A stretch of DNA of 64,000 nucleotides, from positions 18,600,001 through 18,664,000 of the forward strand of contig OZ281501.1 of the NCBI GenBank assembly GCA_965637545.1, given 5' to 3'. The position numbers and the translations under genes were made by a program. The notes beneath the pieces were generated by a model, which worked only from the letters and a program-made list of their open reading frames with translations, was not told the origin of the DNA and searched no databases. Positions 36,067 through 57,727 of the stretch are shown here, in pieces. Source of the DNA: Phallusia mammillata. Taxonomy: Eukaryota. Each line of letters starts with the position of its first letter. Position 1 is the stretch's first letter.

Positions 36067-36277
36067 CGGTGGTGGGATTCAACCGGTTCGCATCGGTTCT
36101 CTAAAACCGTCTCACGAAATTTTATGAAATCAACAAACCGGTTAGCATTACTGGTTACTGTCAATAGAATTTTTGCAACAGAACCGAATGAAAAATATGA
36201 CTTTTGTAACAGAACCGGCTCAAAAATATGACTTTTGTGATAGAACCGACTGACAAAAAATTTGAATCCCACCACTG
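36067..36277. mobile_element. hAT-type MITE of the same family, just upstream of the sulfotransferase B ATG
   Basis: CGGTGGTGGGATTCA / TTTGAATCCCACCACTG; flanks AACACAAT / GATACAAT (6/8); internal repeats of AAAATATGACTTTTGT..AGAACCG. Confidence 0.78.
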
Positions 36278-37339
36278 GATACAATGCTTCAAAGCAGACG
36301 CTCTTAATGTACTGACACCACCTAAATACTGCGAGTAAGCCTGGTGAACGTTACCCATTGTCAAAACGTAACTTCTCGTTTAATGTTTAACATCAGCGCA
36401 CGGTGCAAAGATCAAGGATTGTTAAGTTCGCAAATCACTGTGATGAAACATTTTGGCGCGGGTGACCAAGCAGAATGTTTTGAGGGTGGGCCTCACAACT
36501 CCCTTTTGGTCTGTGCGAATTTACTTGGCCCACAAAATATTTATCAATCAAAATGATACTGATTGTTTGCAAGACATTAGGTTTGATGGCAGAAAAAATA
36601 TAAGGCATAGATGTTTACAATATTAAGCTATGATTCGTGCTTCTTGCTAAAAATACTGTAATGTAAAAGTTTACATTGTGCCTTAAGACGGTTGAATATG
36701 AATTCGCAAATGGTTTCTCATGTCACGAAAAACTTTGCGTGCCAATAGTAGCCGACCCCTAATTTACTAGAAGCCTTAAATTATTATTGTCAAATCCTTT
36801 TGTGATCGAAGTGTCAAGTTGACGTTTCTTATTTCCAGTAAATTGGCTTGAGTATGATGTTGAAACTTGTGCAAACAAACTGCTTGAGCTATGTGAACTT
36901 TGTTCTAGTTTAAATTGAAGTTGTCTTGCCATAGATCATGTTACAGTTAAAGCGCTTAATACCCACCAGATAATGTGGGCCGTTACTGAAAAATTGTGTT
37001 TATTTTTGAATCTAGAAAGCATTTACGTTTCAAATTTTGAAATCTCTGTTTTCTTAATGCTGAAAACACATTTGGTGCATATGATAATAGCATCCAGTTT
37101 TTTTTGACTTTCGCAAACTAAGGACAAAGTATGCAATGGTTATAACCTGCTTTTCTTTTTCTTTTATTTCAATCCTTAATAGATAAATCTCTTTGATATA
37201 ATTAACTTTTCAAATACTCGAGCAAAAACGCACTTTCTAATGTGTTTTAGTTCACTTGGGAAATGTCCACAACAAAATTTCGACAGATAAAAGTGTTAAA
37301 CACATACGGGTACAATAATGTTAATTCATCACTAAAGAA

Positions 37340-39329
37340 TTACTTTCCAGTGATCAAATGACGGAATATGAAGTAGTGTATTCTAGCCACATATCGAGTA
37401 TACGAGAACGGCCACAACTGATAACACTTGTACAATGTGTAAGAACCAACCAGGGCAAACCCACCCAAGCTGATCAACGCATGTCTTACATATTTTCGAC
37501 CAACATTCTTTTTTGTTGTCAGCATATTTTTTGCTCGAGAGCCATCTTTGTTCTCGTGAGGGAACGGTTTATTTGGAATTTCCTCTCCCAGAAATTTGCA
37601 CAAGGGTTCCCAGCCTTCAGATACTTTGTACACCAGCAGCTTGTCTTTAGGCGCTTTCTGTATATTAAAACCGTTAAAATGTAATAATTAAAACTGGCTA
37701 TTAAACAAAAAGAACGTAACAATTTTGTTGTGTCAAATTGTTGGACCTGTTTGGCATCAATGTGCTGGTAATATAAAAAAATACTTATAGCGTCCCAATT
37801 AATTAAACCTCTCAAATGAGGTAGTACAGTACGAACAACCGTGTTCAGCTAGCATTGGGCTTATTTATTGGCCATTATATTGCAAAAAATACAGTCCATT
37901 TTGAAGGCAGGCAATTTAGGTTCAACAGTTGCATTTTTTCCTTCAGCAAAAAAGTAAAAGAAAATATTATCTGTAACTATGTTTTTCTATCACGTTCTAA
38001 AGTTTCTGTCTGACACACAGATTGAAACTTGGTTTGCTTACCATTTGAACGTAGAAGTTGTGTTCCCTATACAGTTTCATTAAATAAGGTTTGTCTTTAA
38101 TTTTCAACTTCCTGCTGGGCCATCTCGCAACTGTGAGGAGATACTCGTCTTAAAAAAAAAAATAATAATAAGAAAAGATAATTATACATAATGATTGCTA
38201 AACCAATACAAATTAACATAGGGTGATCAGTGGATTAAATGTTATACTATTCTTGACAAAACAGCTCCTCTCACATCATTTTCGGAGTTTTAATCAATGC
38301 ACGGCAGTCATTGTATGGGCATTTCATTGAATGGTTTGCAGTTGCATAAAATTTTATCCGTGATTACACACAACAAGCATTTCCGAAAAAATCACTTATT
38401 ATTGAAGTGTAGGTTCTCTCACCTCTAACTCTGGAGTAATAATGTTGAGTGAACGCGCTCAGAGTAAAGTTTGACATTATCCAGTAGATGAAGCTGCTGT
38501 TTGCCATGTCGATCTGGTGTGCAAGACTTCTGTACCACGATTCCTCATCTCGAATGGTGAGAATGATCTAAAACAGGTTAAAAATGACATTCGTTTGAAC
38601 GAAAAAACTAAAATGTTGGCAGTAAGTAATAATTGTGCTGATATTACGTCGAAGTGTTGAAATAATCCTCTCATGCACCTTTCTCGTTATTGCGTTTTTT
38701 TTATATTTCGTATGTTTTCAATGCAATTATCGCCTAGACTAGATGGCCTAGTGGTTAGCACAACTGTCTTGTTGTGTTCACAAGGTTGTGGGTTGTAATC
38801 CTAACTCCGTTTGCTTGTGTTTGCTTGAGCAAGAAACTTAAGCGGCATTGCCTTAAGTTAAGGTTAAGGCCCTTAACCCAGTGGTTCACGATAGGTTGAA
38901 CTAAATTTTAGTTATCAACTGCTTAAACGACAAAACAAATTAAAAAAAGAGATTCAACGGTCTTGCAATAAAACAGGCAGCTCGAAGGCGGACTGACTGT
39001 AAGCATAACGCATTCAAGCGTTGGCCGCCAACCGAGGATAAAAATAAAATAGTCAAAAAAACAATAGTAGTCGATACCTTGGCTTCTGGAAACGCCTGGG
39101 AAAGTTCCTCCCAATAATAACAACATGGTGTATCAACTACGGCGTCCACGTCAGTGTACATGCGGCGAAAATCATTGGCTGTTCCGCCGTTTTTAAATAT
39201 TTTCGACCATTGCGCGTGTAGGAAGTACTGATTTTCAATGTAGCCATAAGTGCTATAACCCAACAAGTTTAAAGCAGAAGCAATGGTGGTTGTGCCTGTC
39301 TTTGCTATTCCTGCAACTATTACTTTCAT
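37340..39329 (-). CDS. Sulfotransfer_4-type sulfotransferase-like protein C, ~273 aa (more divergent)
   Basis: Exons 39329-39078, 38567-38423, 38148-38042, 37657-37340. MKVIVAGIAKTGTTT, IILTIRDEESWYRS, LYREHNFYV..APKDKLLVYKVSEGWEPLCKFLG, TM tail. Confidence 0.88.
38738..38950 (+). mobile_element. tRNA-derived SINE (SINE2-like) in intron 1 of sulfotransferase C
   Basis: A-box TGGCCTAGTGG (38744), B-box-like GGTTGTAATCC (38791), central TTGAGCAAGAAACTTAA resembling the common SINE2 core TTGAGCAAGACACTTAA, A-rich tail. Confidence 0.65.
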
Positions 39330-40197
39330 TGCGACTGTAAAGTTTCTGCTACATCTGCAACATATACAAGTCGTGTACTTTGATTCTGATGTGCGCTTTT
39401 GCACTGTTTCTCGATAGAACAAACATCCAGTGCAATGTAGGTTTGCTTTCAAAACCTCAAAGTCAAACAAAACAAGGCACTGTAAACATACAGGTAACAC
39501 GGATGCTAACTTGCTTTAGGTGGCCAGCGCCCTTGAAAGTTCTCTTTGATAATTCGCACATTTAAATTATTGAAGCCTTTTTAAAAATAAAATAAAATGA
39601 AATTTTTTGTACACCTAGAAAATATGAATTTGTTGAAATAAATAACGCGGCGAAATGTTCGCGAAATATAAAACTTTACGCGACACGCGACATATTTGCC
39701 ACTGCAAACAAACGAAGAGGGCAAGTGCAAAAACAAATCAGGGCTATTTCTGTTTGTTGTTGTGCTTTATTTGGTTGGTTGGGGCCGTTTTAGTTTCAAA
39801 AAACGTTTCACTGTTTGCTAATACTGGTATATAGATGTTTTTTTTTATTCTCTTCTCTTGGCAGGACAATGCGGTGTTCACATGTTTAGCCCTTGGGAAA
39901 GTTGCTTGCCTTATTGCAGTTCTTGCCAATTATTTTAGGTTATTTGTTGACTAAAATAATTCTGAAACTAAAGTTATACTCGAGTTTTTAATTTCTGAAT
40001 GAAACTCAACAAACGTACACTTATTTTGGTGTTTAGTTGAGAGAATAATAGCAGCTTTCTCATTTAACTTTGTTCCTTTTTGGTGCAGGTTTTTGTTGCA
40101 CAACTGTCAAATGATAATGGTTTAAAAGTTGGGGGTTTTGCCCAATGTTCTCTGCTTTGTACTTACCCTACAACAAAAACATATAAAGAGTAAAAAA

Positions 40198-48461
<8,264 letters not shown>

Positions 48462-51400
48462 ATTTCCTGTTTAACTTCCGGAAAAAAAACTCCTGATTGA
48501 AAAGTTTATTTATTTCCTGTCTGTCTGTATGAGTGGCATATCTGGTTTGCGTTTGTTCTCAAATACAAAAAATCGATATTGAGTTCAAGTAATTAAAGGC
48601 TTGTTATTTACTACCACGCGTAGCGCTATGGAGCTTTTCATAGGCTGATTTGAATTCAGTCCGACGTAACTTGAACATAAGTCGTCCAGGCATTAACACT
48701 GTGAAGAGTGCCATTATGTGCATCAGATGCATATTCCTGTTTGTTTTATGGTTCGGCTTCGTAAAATGACTTCAAATCTGAAATTTTACCACCACGCAAT
48801 CGACTAGAAAAAATTACCGCAAAGCATCTATGGGCATTAATAGCTACATTTTTGTTAAAATTGCTTTTTTTGCGTAGGTATTGTGGGGTAAATGTTCAGG
48901 TATTTGCTGTGCGCAGAGTTGGTCAAGTTTTTTTAATCATTTTTGAATAAAGTCGCAACAAATAAGAATACTTGTATGGTGTCGGTTGAGCCCTTACAGT
49001 TAAAGTTATTTGAGATGAGTAGGCTGCATTTCGCTTGGTGGAAGAAAACAGAACACAATTAAACAGCGTTTCAAACCCCTTAAGGACAATATGAGGCAAT
49101 ATTACAATAATGAAAATGTATTTTTTTGTGAAAATAGAATTAGTTCGGAAATACTTGCGTTGGTAAAGTGGTTGCTTACTAAATAAAACGTTCACTGACT
49201 TTTTATTTAGACCCTTGGTTGAGAAGTAATGCTACTGTACAATCAGCCAATCGGAAATGCCTTCGTAACGTTATGAAGCGAAAAATGTAGGGCACATTTG
49301 GTTGATCAGGTGGTGCGCTCTTTGGCTGCATCAGAAATCAGTTGGACGTAATTACTCGTAGAGAAATTTCGCCTGACGGCATTAAAATTAGGTTTGGCCA
49401 AATCTTTAGACTTGGAGAATAACGCAGGGTGTTGGGATGTACACACAAAGGTTTATAACCACATAATCAACAAAATTATGATCAAAACATATTGATGTTA
49501 GAACTTTTTGACATTTTGACACAACTTAAATAATACAAAGGCGACCCAAAAATAAACCTTTGCCAAAACTTTGTTTAATGCATATGAGTGGTTCAGGACC
49601 GAGCATTTTTTTGTATTTTTAATTAAAAAAAAACAACTACATGCCAACGGCGTTTTTGTTTCCACCGAAATTAGTTTAAAATAGGCACATAGCACACGTT
49701 TTCTACGTTTCTTTCTATAGGAGATCGTTTCTCCAAAAAAGGTAATCGAATTTCTTGAGGAAAAAATCGAATCATTCCAAATGCCAGGGTCGGAGTCTAA
49801 ATTTAGCTCAAGAACGCAAAGGTTTTTATTTGTGCTAATGCATGAAGAAAAAAATAGCCCGACGTAACTTTAATTATAAATTTGTCGACGGTCATAACAT
49901 GGTATTTTTGTTCTAATTTTTTAAATATTTTTTGTAAAACTACATTTTATGTTAAAACATTAGTAATATTTGTCCCAAAAACAAGAACAACAACGTGAAA
50001 CAAATTTAGGACCAAATAAACAAATACAAAATTTTGGAACAAACCGCCAAACACACAAAGCATTTCAAGCCTTTTGTTGTCCCCCGCATATTTAAGAACA
50101 AGCAACCGTCTACACTGCAAACTTTTTTCTTTTTTTTTGCAACAAGGAAGGGCCGGTGCTTCTGGCCGATTTCGGATGCAGCAGCTAATTACTACCAAGA
50201 TCGAAGTCGGAATCATGAGCGTGTTTCTCTTTTTCCTCCGGCGTGTAATAGTCGGTGTTATTGCTCCATCTCCGATTTTTGTTTCTTTTATTCTCTTTGT
50301 CAGTGCGCGCTTTTTCGTCGCGACTCAATAACGATTCTTTTCACTGCCATCTCGTCATCTATGCGAGGTGCTCTTATTGTCTTTGGCAGTGCTTGATCGT
50401 AGCAAAATGCAATGGATACCTTATGACAGTTTTTCTTAAGATCAGCAGGTTTAGCTACGTTTTTAGAGAAAGTTACAGGGCAGGTACATGGTTTTAAATT
50501 TAATATTTTGCCAGTAAAACGCTTAAAATTATAACATTTGAAAAATGCACTTTGTAAAGGCAAAGATGCTAAGCAGAGCACAAACTTTGTTATGAATTCA
50601 TCTTGTTTTGCTAAAGTAATATAAATTTACAACAAAAGCATTTTATGTTGGCATTTTTGAATAATATTGACAACTGTCACGTTTATATGAGTTAGGTTTA
50701 TTTGCAAGACGGTGTTGTTGTTTAAGAAATGTTTTCTAAAACCTTTGCAGTTATTCAGTCGTCACAATACCGCCATTGTTTATTGTGGAATTTTCCATTG
50801 TGCAGCTGTGCAGACTGTAGGCGGTGTTGGTTGCAGTAATTTGCTTGATTAAAAATCAATTTTGTTTGACGAGTATTGGAGGTAGCATTCTGCTGGTGTC
50901 CAATAGTCAACTGTGCGGTCGTTCAAGGCTCACCGCTTAATCTGCAAGCTGCTTTAAGAGGTAGGCTGTGCTACTAAAACTTACACTATATAATATGACA
51001 GCCAAATGTGTATTACACTGGCTTAAGGCTTCTACGAATACAGGCATTCTCGTTGTGTTGTTTTGTATTACTGCTGCCTTAAAATACCGAACAAACGTTT
51101 AAAGATTATGGCAACAAGTCTAAAAATGTCCACAAACAAGGACCACCAAAAAAGCAGCTGCCATGTTGCTTAAATTTCAGAGTTTTTTCGAAGACCTGGC
51201 ATTTTTGGTTACCCGGTCATGAAGCAGAACAAAAACATTGGCTTGTTACGTTTGAAGTTTAGTTAAAATGACCTTTTGAAATCTGACACGAATAGCGCCT
51301 TAAACCAGAAACCACCAAATTGTTGTTTGTACGATTGCACTGTACATTGTGTCAGATGTCATGCATTATCGATGCAAAAGATTAGACTTGGTATTTAATC

Positions 51401-52006
51401 CACGACCCTGCCCAGTCTGGTCAATACTAAATCCACGCCACATTTACTGTCATTCAATGCTGGGCTTCAAACCACAAATATTCTCCGAGACGTAAACTAA
51501 ACGCTTAGTACAAATCTAACAGTCATTTTATGTTGAAATAGTTTGACCTAAAAAGCCACTAACTGACGCTAACTAAAGTTACATACAAAAGCGTATCCTA
51601 CATTAAAACTTAAGGCCGTAATTTAGTTCAATATGCGTCAACATATTCACCATTAAAAAATAAAAGATGTCTATTGATCTTTCAGTGTGTAATAACTGCT
51701 TAAGGCTACTGGCATTGATGTTTGAATTGCATGTTAAATACTAGGTTCTTATGGCATGCGGTTTGTATCAATACATCGTGTTGTTCGTAGCACACAGAAG
51801 GTAACAACAGGTTTGGCCTCCATTGCATAATTTCTACATATCTTTTCCAATGAAACGGCCACAACTTGAACTTATAACTTTACCAATGCGACGAAAAAGG
51901 TTTGTCTGTTTAAGTCCTTTTTCTTTCAAACAAAACGTACTTTTAACGCGATTGTATGCGATATGATATGTATCGTTTGTGCTATGCGAGAGGAATTACT
52001 TTAAAG

Positions 52007-52204
52007 CAATGGTTCTTAACCTTTTTTCCTTGCTGCACCCCTTTCCAATCACCAACCAATTTTCGCACCCCTTTCTAATCACCAACCAGTTTTCGCACCC
52101 CGCTGGGTTTTTGTATTTATATATAATAGACCTAACCAACCTTAATGATTCAGCATCCCCGCACCCCCTAGGAGCAGTTCTCGCACCCCTGGTTAAGAAC
52201 CCTG
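52007..52204. mobile_element. hAT-type MITE
   Basis: CAATGGTTCTTAACC / GGTTAAGAACCCTG imperfect TIRs; perfect TSD CTTTAAAG; internal tandem duplication of AATCACCAACCA.TTTTCGCACCCC. Confidence 0.85.
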
Positions 52205-52945
52205 CTTTAAAGCGTTTCGTTGGCATGTGTAACATTTGATATAGGTACACATTTGAATGTAGTTTGTTTATGCCGAAATTCCAAGTTACATTATGACGAA
52301 CAATTAACACTATAGGTGGTTTAGTTCTACGGCACGGTTAGATGATATTGCGTCATGTACAGCTTTGAAGTACTTGAGAATGGTATTTTGTTGAGCATAA
52401 TTACAAGGTTATGTCCACACACGAGTCGACCAGAAGCCACTGAATGCAATGCTGTCTTTTCGACGGCACCGTTTGTTTTATTTGATTGTGAACTGCACGA
52501 TCTTTTGAATTGGCTGTTTGTCACGCGAAAATGTTCTGTTAATTTCCTTGAAAACATCATAGGCCATGAATTGCGGTTTTCGCGCCTTTATATAATGTTT
52601 GTCTTAGAAGCGAATGGAAGTTGTTTGCGCGAAATAATGTTGTAAATTGAAACCGAAGCTAACATTTTTACAATATGTTTTGATTGTTTAAACTGTTTAC
52701 GTTTTTTTGAGGTTTTTAGGGTGGCAAGCATTATTATTTTGCAAACGGTTTGTGTCGTCAAACGAGTGCTTAATTAACTAATTTTCCATTGCAATCGTAA
52801 AAGAGTTTTCGTCATAAAATTTCAAGACACTTTAAGCATTACACAGCGAAAAGCGTTTTCTTGTGTTACTAAGCCCCGTCTAAGAACCTTTTTCACACTC
52901 TTATCCCTTTTTCGACTTTTCTAACTTCTGACGCCCTCCCCTGCA

Positions 52946-53038
52946 TAGTGACGTCACTAGCCACGTGACCAATGTGCGCCTGAAGGTGCATTAATTATTT
53001 AATATTGGTGGTGGCGTTTAAAGGGGTGCGCATGCGCA
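52946..53038. promoter_or_regulatory. Cluster of palindromic TF motifs: CRE, E-box, CCAAT, NRF1
   Basis: TAGTGACGTCACTA (52946-52959), CACGTGAC (52962), CCAAT (52969) and TGCGCATGCGCA (53027-53038) within 93 bp of CpG-rich sequence. The target gene is unknown. Confidence 0.55.
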
Positions 53039-56000
53039 GTGGGTAGCCACGCGATGTACTGTCGTTGGGGCGGCCTGGTGGTTCTTGAAGCTGAAAACTT
53101 AATTTGATGGAGTCTTGGTCTAAGTTTCGTTCGTTTGTGTTTGTGGTCAAAACCTGAAACAAAAAAATGTGATTTTGTTTTGGGTTTTCACCCAACATAA
53201 ATAATAATTAGTGTGTTGGTAAAAAAGGGTTTCGTAAAAACGGCGACCTGCAAATGCACCCAGGACATTACATGTTATTCACAATCTTCTGTGACGTTCA
53301 CAGTGTTTGTAAGCTGCACTGGTGTACGTTTATATGTATTCAGTCAGTAGCAGAGGTAAAAACCAATACCGTAACACGCGTAACTTTGCGTCGGTCGTCC
53401 CCAACTGAAATAGCGCGAGGTAATTTTATTGATCCGTGGCGGTGGGGGCACCGCATCTGTTCTCTCATTATGCCTAATTCGCTTCATCTGTGCGTGTCGT
53501 AAACTAGCGAGTTTATTGCCTCGCGCGCCCGCTCACAACGCACGTAAAAACGACATTTATAACCGAACGCGACACGCGACATGTTGCGCGCTAATTTGTT
53601 CCGTCGCTTTGCTTTTCCTATCGACGTCATCTCACTTGAAAGGTGAAAGCTACTTGACCCGAGAATCAGTTTGTTAAGTGCCGCATCATCCCTGTTAATT
53701 CCCCCATCAAAATTAACCCCGCATTTTTGACCCAGATCGCTCTTGATTAAAGTTTATTTTTCACAATATTTATCCTTTATTTGTTTACTTAACAGTTTTC
53801 TAAATGCATGACGTCATTGCTTACGTCATACTTTCTATATGCTTACGTCACGTAGACTATACTTCGTTTATAAGTCGCAGTATAATCTTTTAACATTTAG
53901 CTGTATTGACGGGAACAACAATTGTTGAAACGTGGATAGCAATGTATAGTGCATTATACAAGCCCTTTGACTTTTGGGTATTTATTTATTCTAGTCACTT
54001 TTTTTTAAGTTTCCGTCTCGTGTTACTGAATTTGTGGACCTGACTTTACATTTGTTATCATTTGTGTCGAAATTAATCCAACTATCGGGCTTGATTCGGA
54101 TTTTGTTTAAAAATTGGGCTGGAGCTGGGTTTCGAGTTTGTACTTTTCGCTCGAATACTAACCGTTCGCTGGTTAAATTGGGACTATTTCAATGATTGTT
54201 CAAAAGGGAAGTTTCTCTCTTAGGGGTCGGCAGTAGTAAAAAGTTTTTATTGCTCAGATTTATAATGATACACTTACTGTAAAACTAACGATAAAATGTT
54301 TGTCTTAGTACCGTATTTATTTTAATGTGGTAGTTTTAATTATTCCAATACATGCCACGTAACTGTCGAAGGTTTTGACGCAAAGCGTTTAATGGCCGAG
54401 ATCCACAAACACATTCTTTTACACAATTACGGCCATTCGGTGCATATTTGCGGGAAAGTTTGAAATTGGAAAAGCGACAGATCAAAATACTAAGACTCCA
54501 ATTAAAAGTTTATTGTTGTACAAAGAAGTCGTTGTATGAAAGCAATTCAAAGATCTCGTTTTGTAAGTTGATTTTATGCGTTTTTTGGGGGTGGTCAATT
54601 GCGCGAAGAGTAGTTTACCTTGTTTGTGACATTCATAAGTTTAATGAAGAATATAATGGCCTAAAATACATCTCAGCGTTTGTCGATAATTGTAATACTA
54701 AAACATGTCGCCTTAGTCTACTTGATCATTATATTCCTCATTAAGCCTACCTTCTTCGTTTAACTTTTGTTTCGTGTTTACCACTAAACACGTTGTTTGC
54801 AGTCAGTATGATTCCCTATGCTTGGTTCCGTATGCAATAGTCTTGAGGTTAATTATTACCGAAGTATATTTTGCCATGATTTGTTAAGTAAGTACTTGTT
54901 ACTGAGTTGTCCGCAATTAAGTGCATGATCTCAAATATTTAGTCCCAATGAAGGTCCAATGGGCAGCAATCACAAAAAAACTCCCAATCATTTCAATACA
55001 GTTGAGGTCTGTGAGTCATGGTCAGTGTGTGTTCTGGCCTGTTTATATTTGTGTATTTTTTTTCCACCAAATTTAAGTGCAAGGTAAAGCACTCACATAA
55101 AGTCCTCAACATCTTTCAAACCAAGTCGTGGTATGAGTTGAGGAGTTCAGGTCTTAAGGGGATTAAACCCGTATACCTTATGCTGGAACCAAGCGCAGAG
55201 TTAAAGGACCAGAGACATAGCACCAAGGCAATTAGTAACCAGCATATACATTGGCAATGCGGGATTGGATTATGCTACAAAGGCACGGCTTGATGCACGC
55301 AGTCTGGCTTTCAAGTCCAGGGACATAATTCCCACGAGTGCTTGGAGGTGCTGCTGCTGTGATTGTGGCGATGTCACAAGACGATTTGAAGAGTTTCTTC
55401 TGTTCTGAAGCAATTACCAATGTTTACAAACCGCCATATTTAAGCTGTTACGCAACACAATGCTACACAATCAATACGTAATATAAGACCGTCTATATGG
55501 GACACTTTTAAAAACAAACATTTCCTGGTTAAAATCTGTCAGCTCTTTTATTGTAGACAAATATTTTTCGTTTTAAAAGCATCTTCAGTGTCTGTAAAAA
55601 GTGCTATCCCTAACTATAACACGTCACTGTAGGTACGGGTTATTGTTAACCTTTTTAATTGGATAATATAGAAACATTTGTTCTGTAACAAATTTTGAAC
55701 AGACGGGCAAGTACCGCGATTAGGTTGATTTGTTCATTAAAACAAACACAAATATCCTCTTGGAACAGTAAAATTTACGAAGTGGGTTTTGTGTTTCCTA
55801 GATAAATTTAATTGTTAAAGCGTCCCGTTGTTAAAATTTTGCGAGCGTTGTGTTCAATTTCAGCATTATGTCTCACGCGATTTCTCAGTTGCGCAATATG
55901 TTGTTTTGCACTCGACCATTTATTGCTTAACTGCCACAATGGCATGTAGATAGGCACAAAAAGTAGTCACATAATGTGAGTATCTTTTGGTTTATTAACA

Positions 56001-57551
56001 TATCATTGACCTTTGGTTTATTTTCTCAACGAACATGTTTAAAATTTTCCTTAGTGGTTGCATACGTCCAATAACGTAAAGGTAGGGTGCAAAAAAAACC
56101 CTTAGTCATTTTTTTTTCGACTAAATGTTACAGATTACGTTTTTTTCCGTCTATGCACAACATTACTTGATTTACAACCAGGTAAATTTGACATTAATTG
56201 AGGGTAGACACGAGGAAATATTGTCTACCAGTTTCAGTAATTTAGTCTGTACTGTTTTTTACGATGTTACCCAACTGATGAAAATCATGGACATAAGTTT
56301 GTTCTTATTTTGGAGGACATTTTGTTTATTCTTGTGAGATAAATCCTGAACTCTAAGCATGACAATATCTATTCGGCGTGAAAACTTTTTCGTTTGTGGT
56401 GCTCTCGGGGAAGATGCCCGGTTCCGATGAAGTTGGGTAATATTTTTCGGCAACGTACTTTAGCCGTTGGCGTCAGAGGACCTCATCAATTATTCAAACG
56501 GCCACCCCGGGCCTTTCCTGTCTGTCGTTTTCACATTTAGTCAAAACCCGCTGCATCAGCAGGTTCACGCTTTGTGACGTAGACATTTAACTCGTTTATG
56601 ACGTAACTATCGCGATTATTAATTGACTCGTTCAATTTAGTGATTTTGAGTGCTTTTGAAGTGTTCCGTTCCGTTTTAAAGACGATTAGAGACAGTTGAG
56701 ACAGTGGCCTGAAAGTTGTTTCTAAAAAAGTTTGTTTCCAAGTTATGTGCATGGTCTTGCAAGATTTCTTTAAAAGTGGCCAAATCTTTCTTGTGAACAT
56801 TAGTAAACTTACTTGAGAGTTTTGACCTTTATTAACCTGATGTGCCAGATACGTCAGATACACGTTTAGTAACAGTTTTATTCTGACGGCCTAAGGCGCA
56901 CTTTAAAAGTTATTCAGGTGACTTTTCCAGCAGCACTTGTGATGTCATAGAAATGTTTGTGTGAAGTCATAGAGATGGAAACAAGTCAAGGCCATTTTCA
57001 AGGTCATGATTTTTGTCGAAATATTTTTCACCTAAAAGTATTTGGCGCACATTTATCATAAAAAGCAGTTGCATGGTAAACAGTAATCATTGCGTTTGTT
57101 GCTCTGGTGCCCAAATACACCTGAAAAGTGCGAAATTAATTTGCTTGTTGTCAGAAATGACGAAAAGTTTCGAGCACTTGAAGGCACCACATCGAGATAT
57201 GAGATTCTCTTTTTCTCTCTCGAACATTTCTGCATCGCGATGACGCGTCACGCGTGGTTAAAATGCGTAGTCGAGGTGCACTTATGACGCAACAATACCC
57301 ACGTCTCTATTGTTTCTCAGAGCATTGATATAAAAATAAACACAATTGTACATTGTTTGTAATTTAGCTTAAAATTTCCTAGTGATCTTGGTTGTATATT
57401 GGTTGTATGTTTTTTGTGGTCATTAAAATCTGGATACTTTTTTAGCAGGTGCAATAGTTAAGTTAATTTTATGAATTGTGCCACTTTACAAGGCGTTTGA
57501 TCTTCAAGCAAAACACGTTCCAAACACGTAAGTTTTACATCAGCTGTATCC

Positions 57552-57727
57552 GAAATAACTGATTCGGTTGATTGAGCCCAAAGGGAAAATGTTCCGTTCC
57601 GTTTTAAAGACGGTTAGAGACATTCGAGACAGTGGTTTAAAAGTTGTTTCTATAACGTGTTCCTAAAAAAGTTTATTTCCAAGCCTTGAAATAACTGATT
57701 CGGTTGATTGAGCCCAAAGGGAAAATG
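57552..57727. repeat. 40-bp exact direct repeat flanking a 96-bp segment copied from ~56664-56742
   Basis: GAAATAACTGATTCGGTTGATTGAGCCCAAAGGGAAAATG at 57552-57591 and 57688-57727; the insert TTCCGTTCCGTTTTAAAGACG.TTAGAGACA.. matches 56664 onward. Confidence 0.85.

Noticed and set aside
39655-39935. Small spliced ORF upstream of NDUFS1
   Set aside because: No recognisable motif; more likely 5'-UTR/promoter sequence between two divergent genes.
49211-49290. Alternative last exon of NDUFS1 (phase-1 acceptor, DPWLRSNATV..)
   Set aside because: Phase-compatible but not similar to the conserved DSISRAS..MAKC terminus.
50188-50420. Hydrophilic minus-strand frames (KESLLSRDEK.. / VSIAFCYDQ..) suggesting a terminal exon
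   Set aside because: Frames are broken by stops, no consistent exon chain could be built, and there is no recognisable homology.
52995-55420. Minus-strand exon candidates at 52995-53153 and 55232-55420
   Set aside because: Acceptor-like sites exist but the products are featureless and cannot be linked; they overlap motif-rich regulatory DNA.
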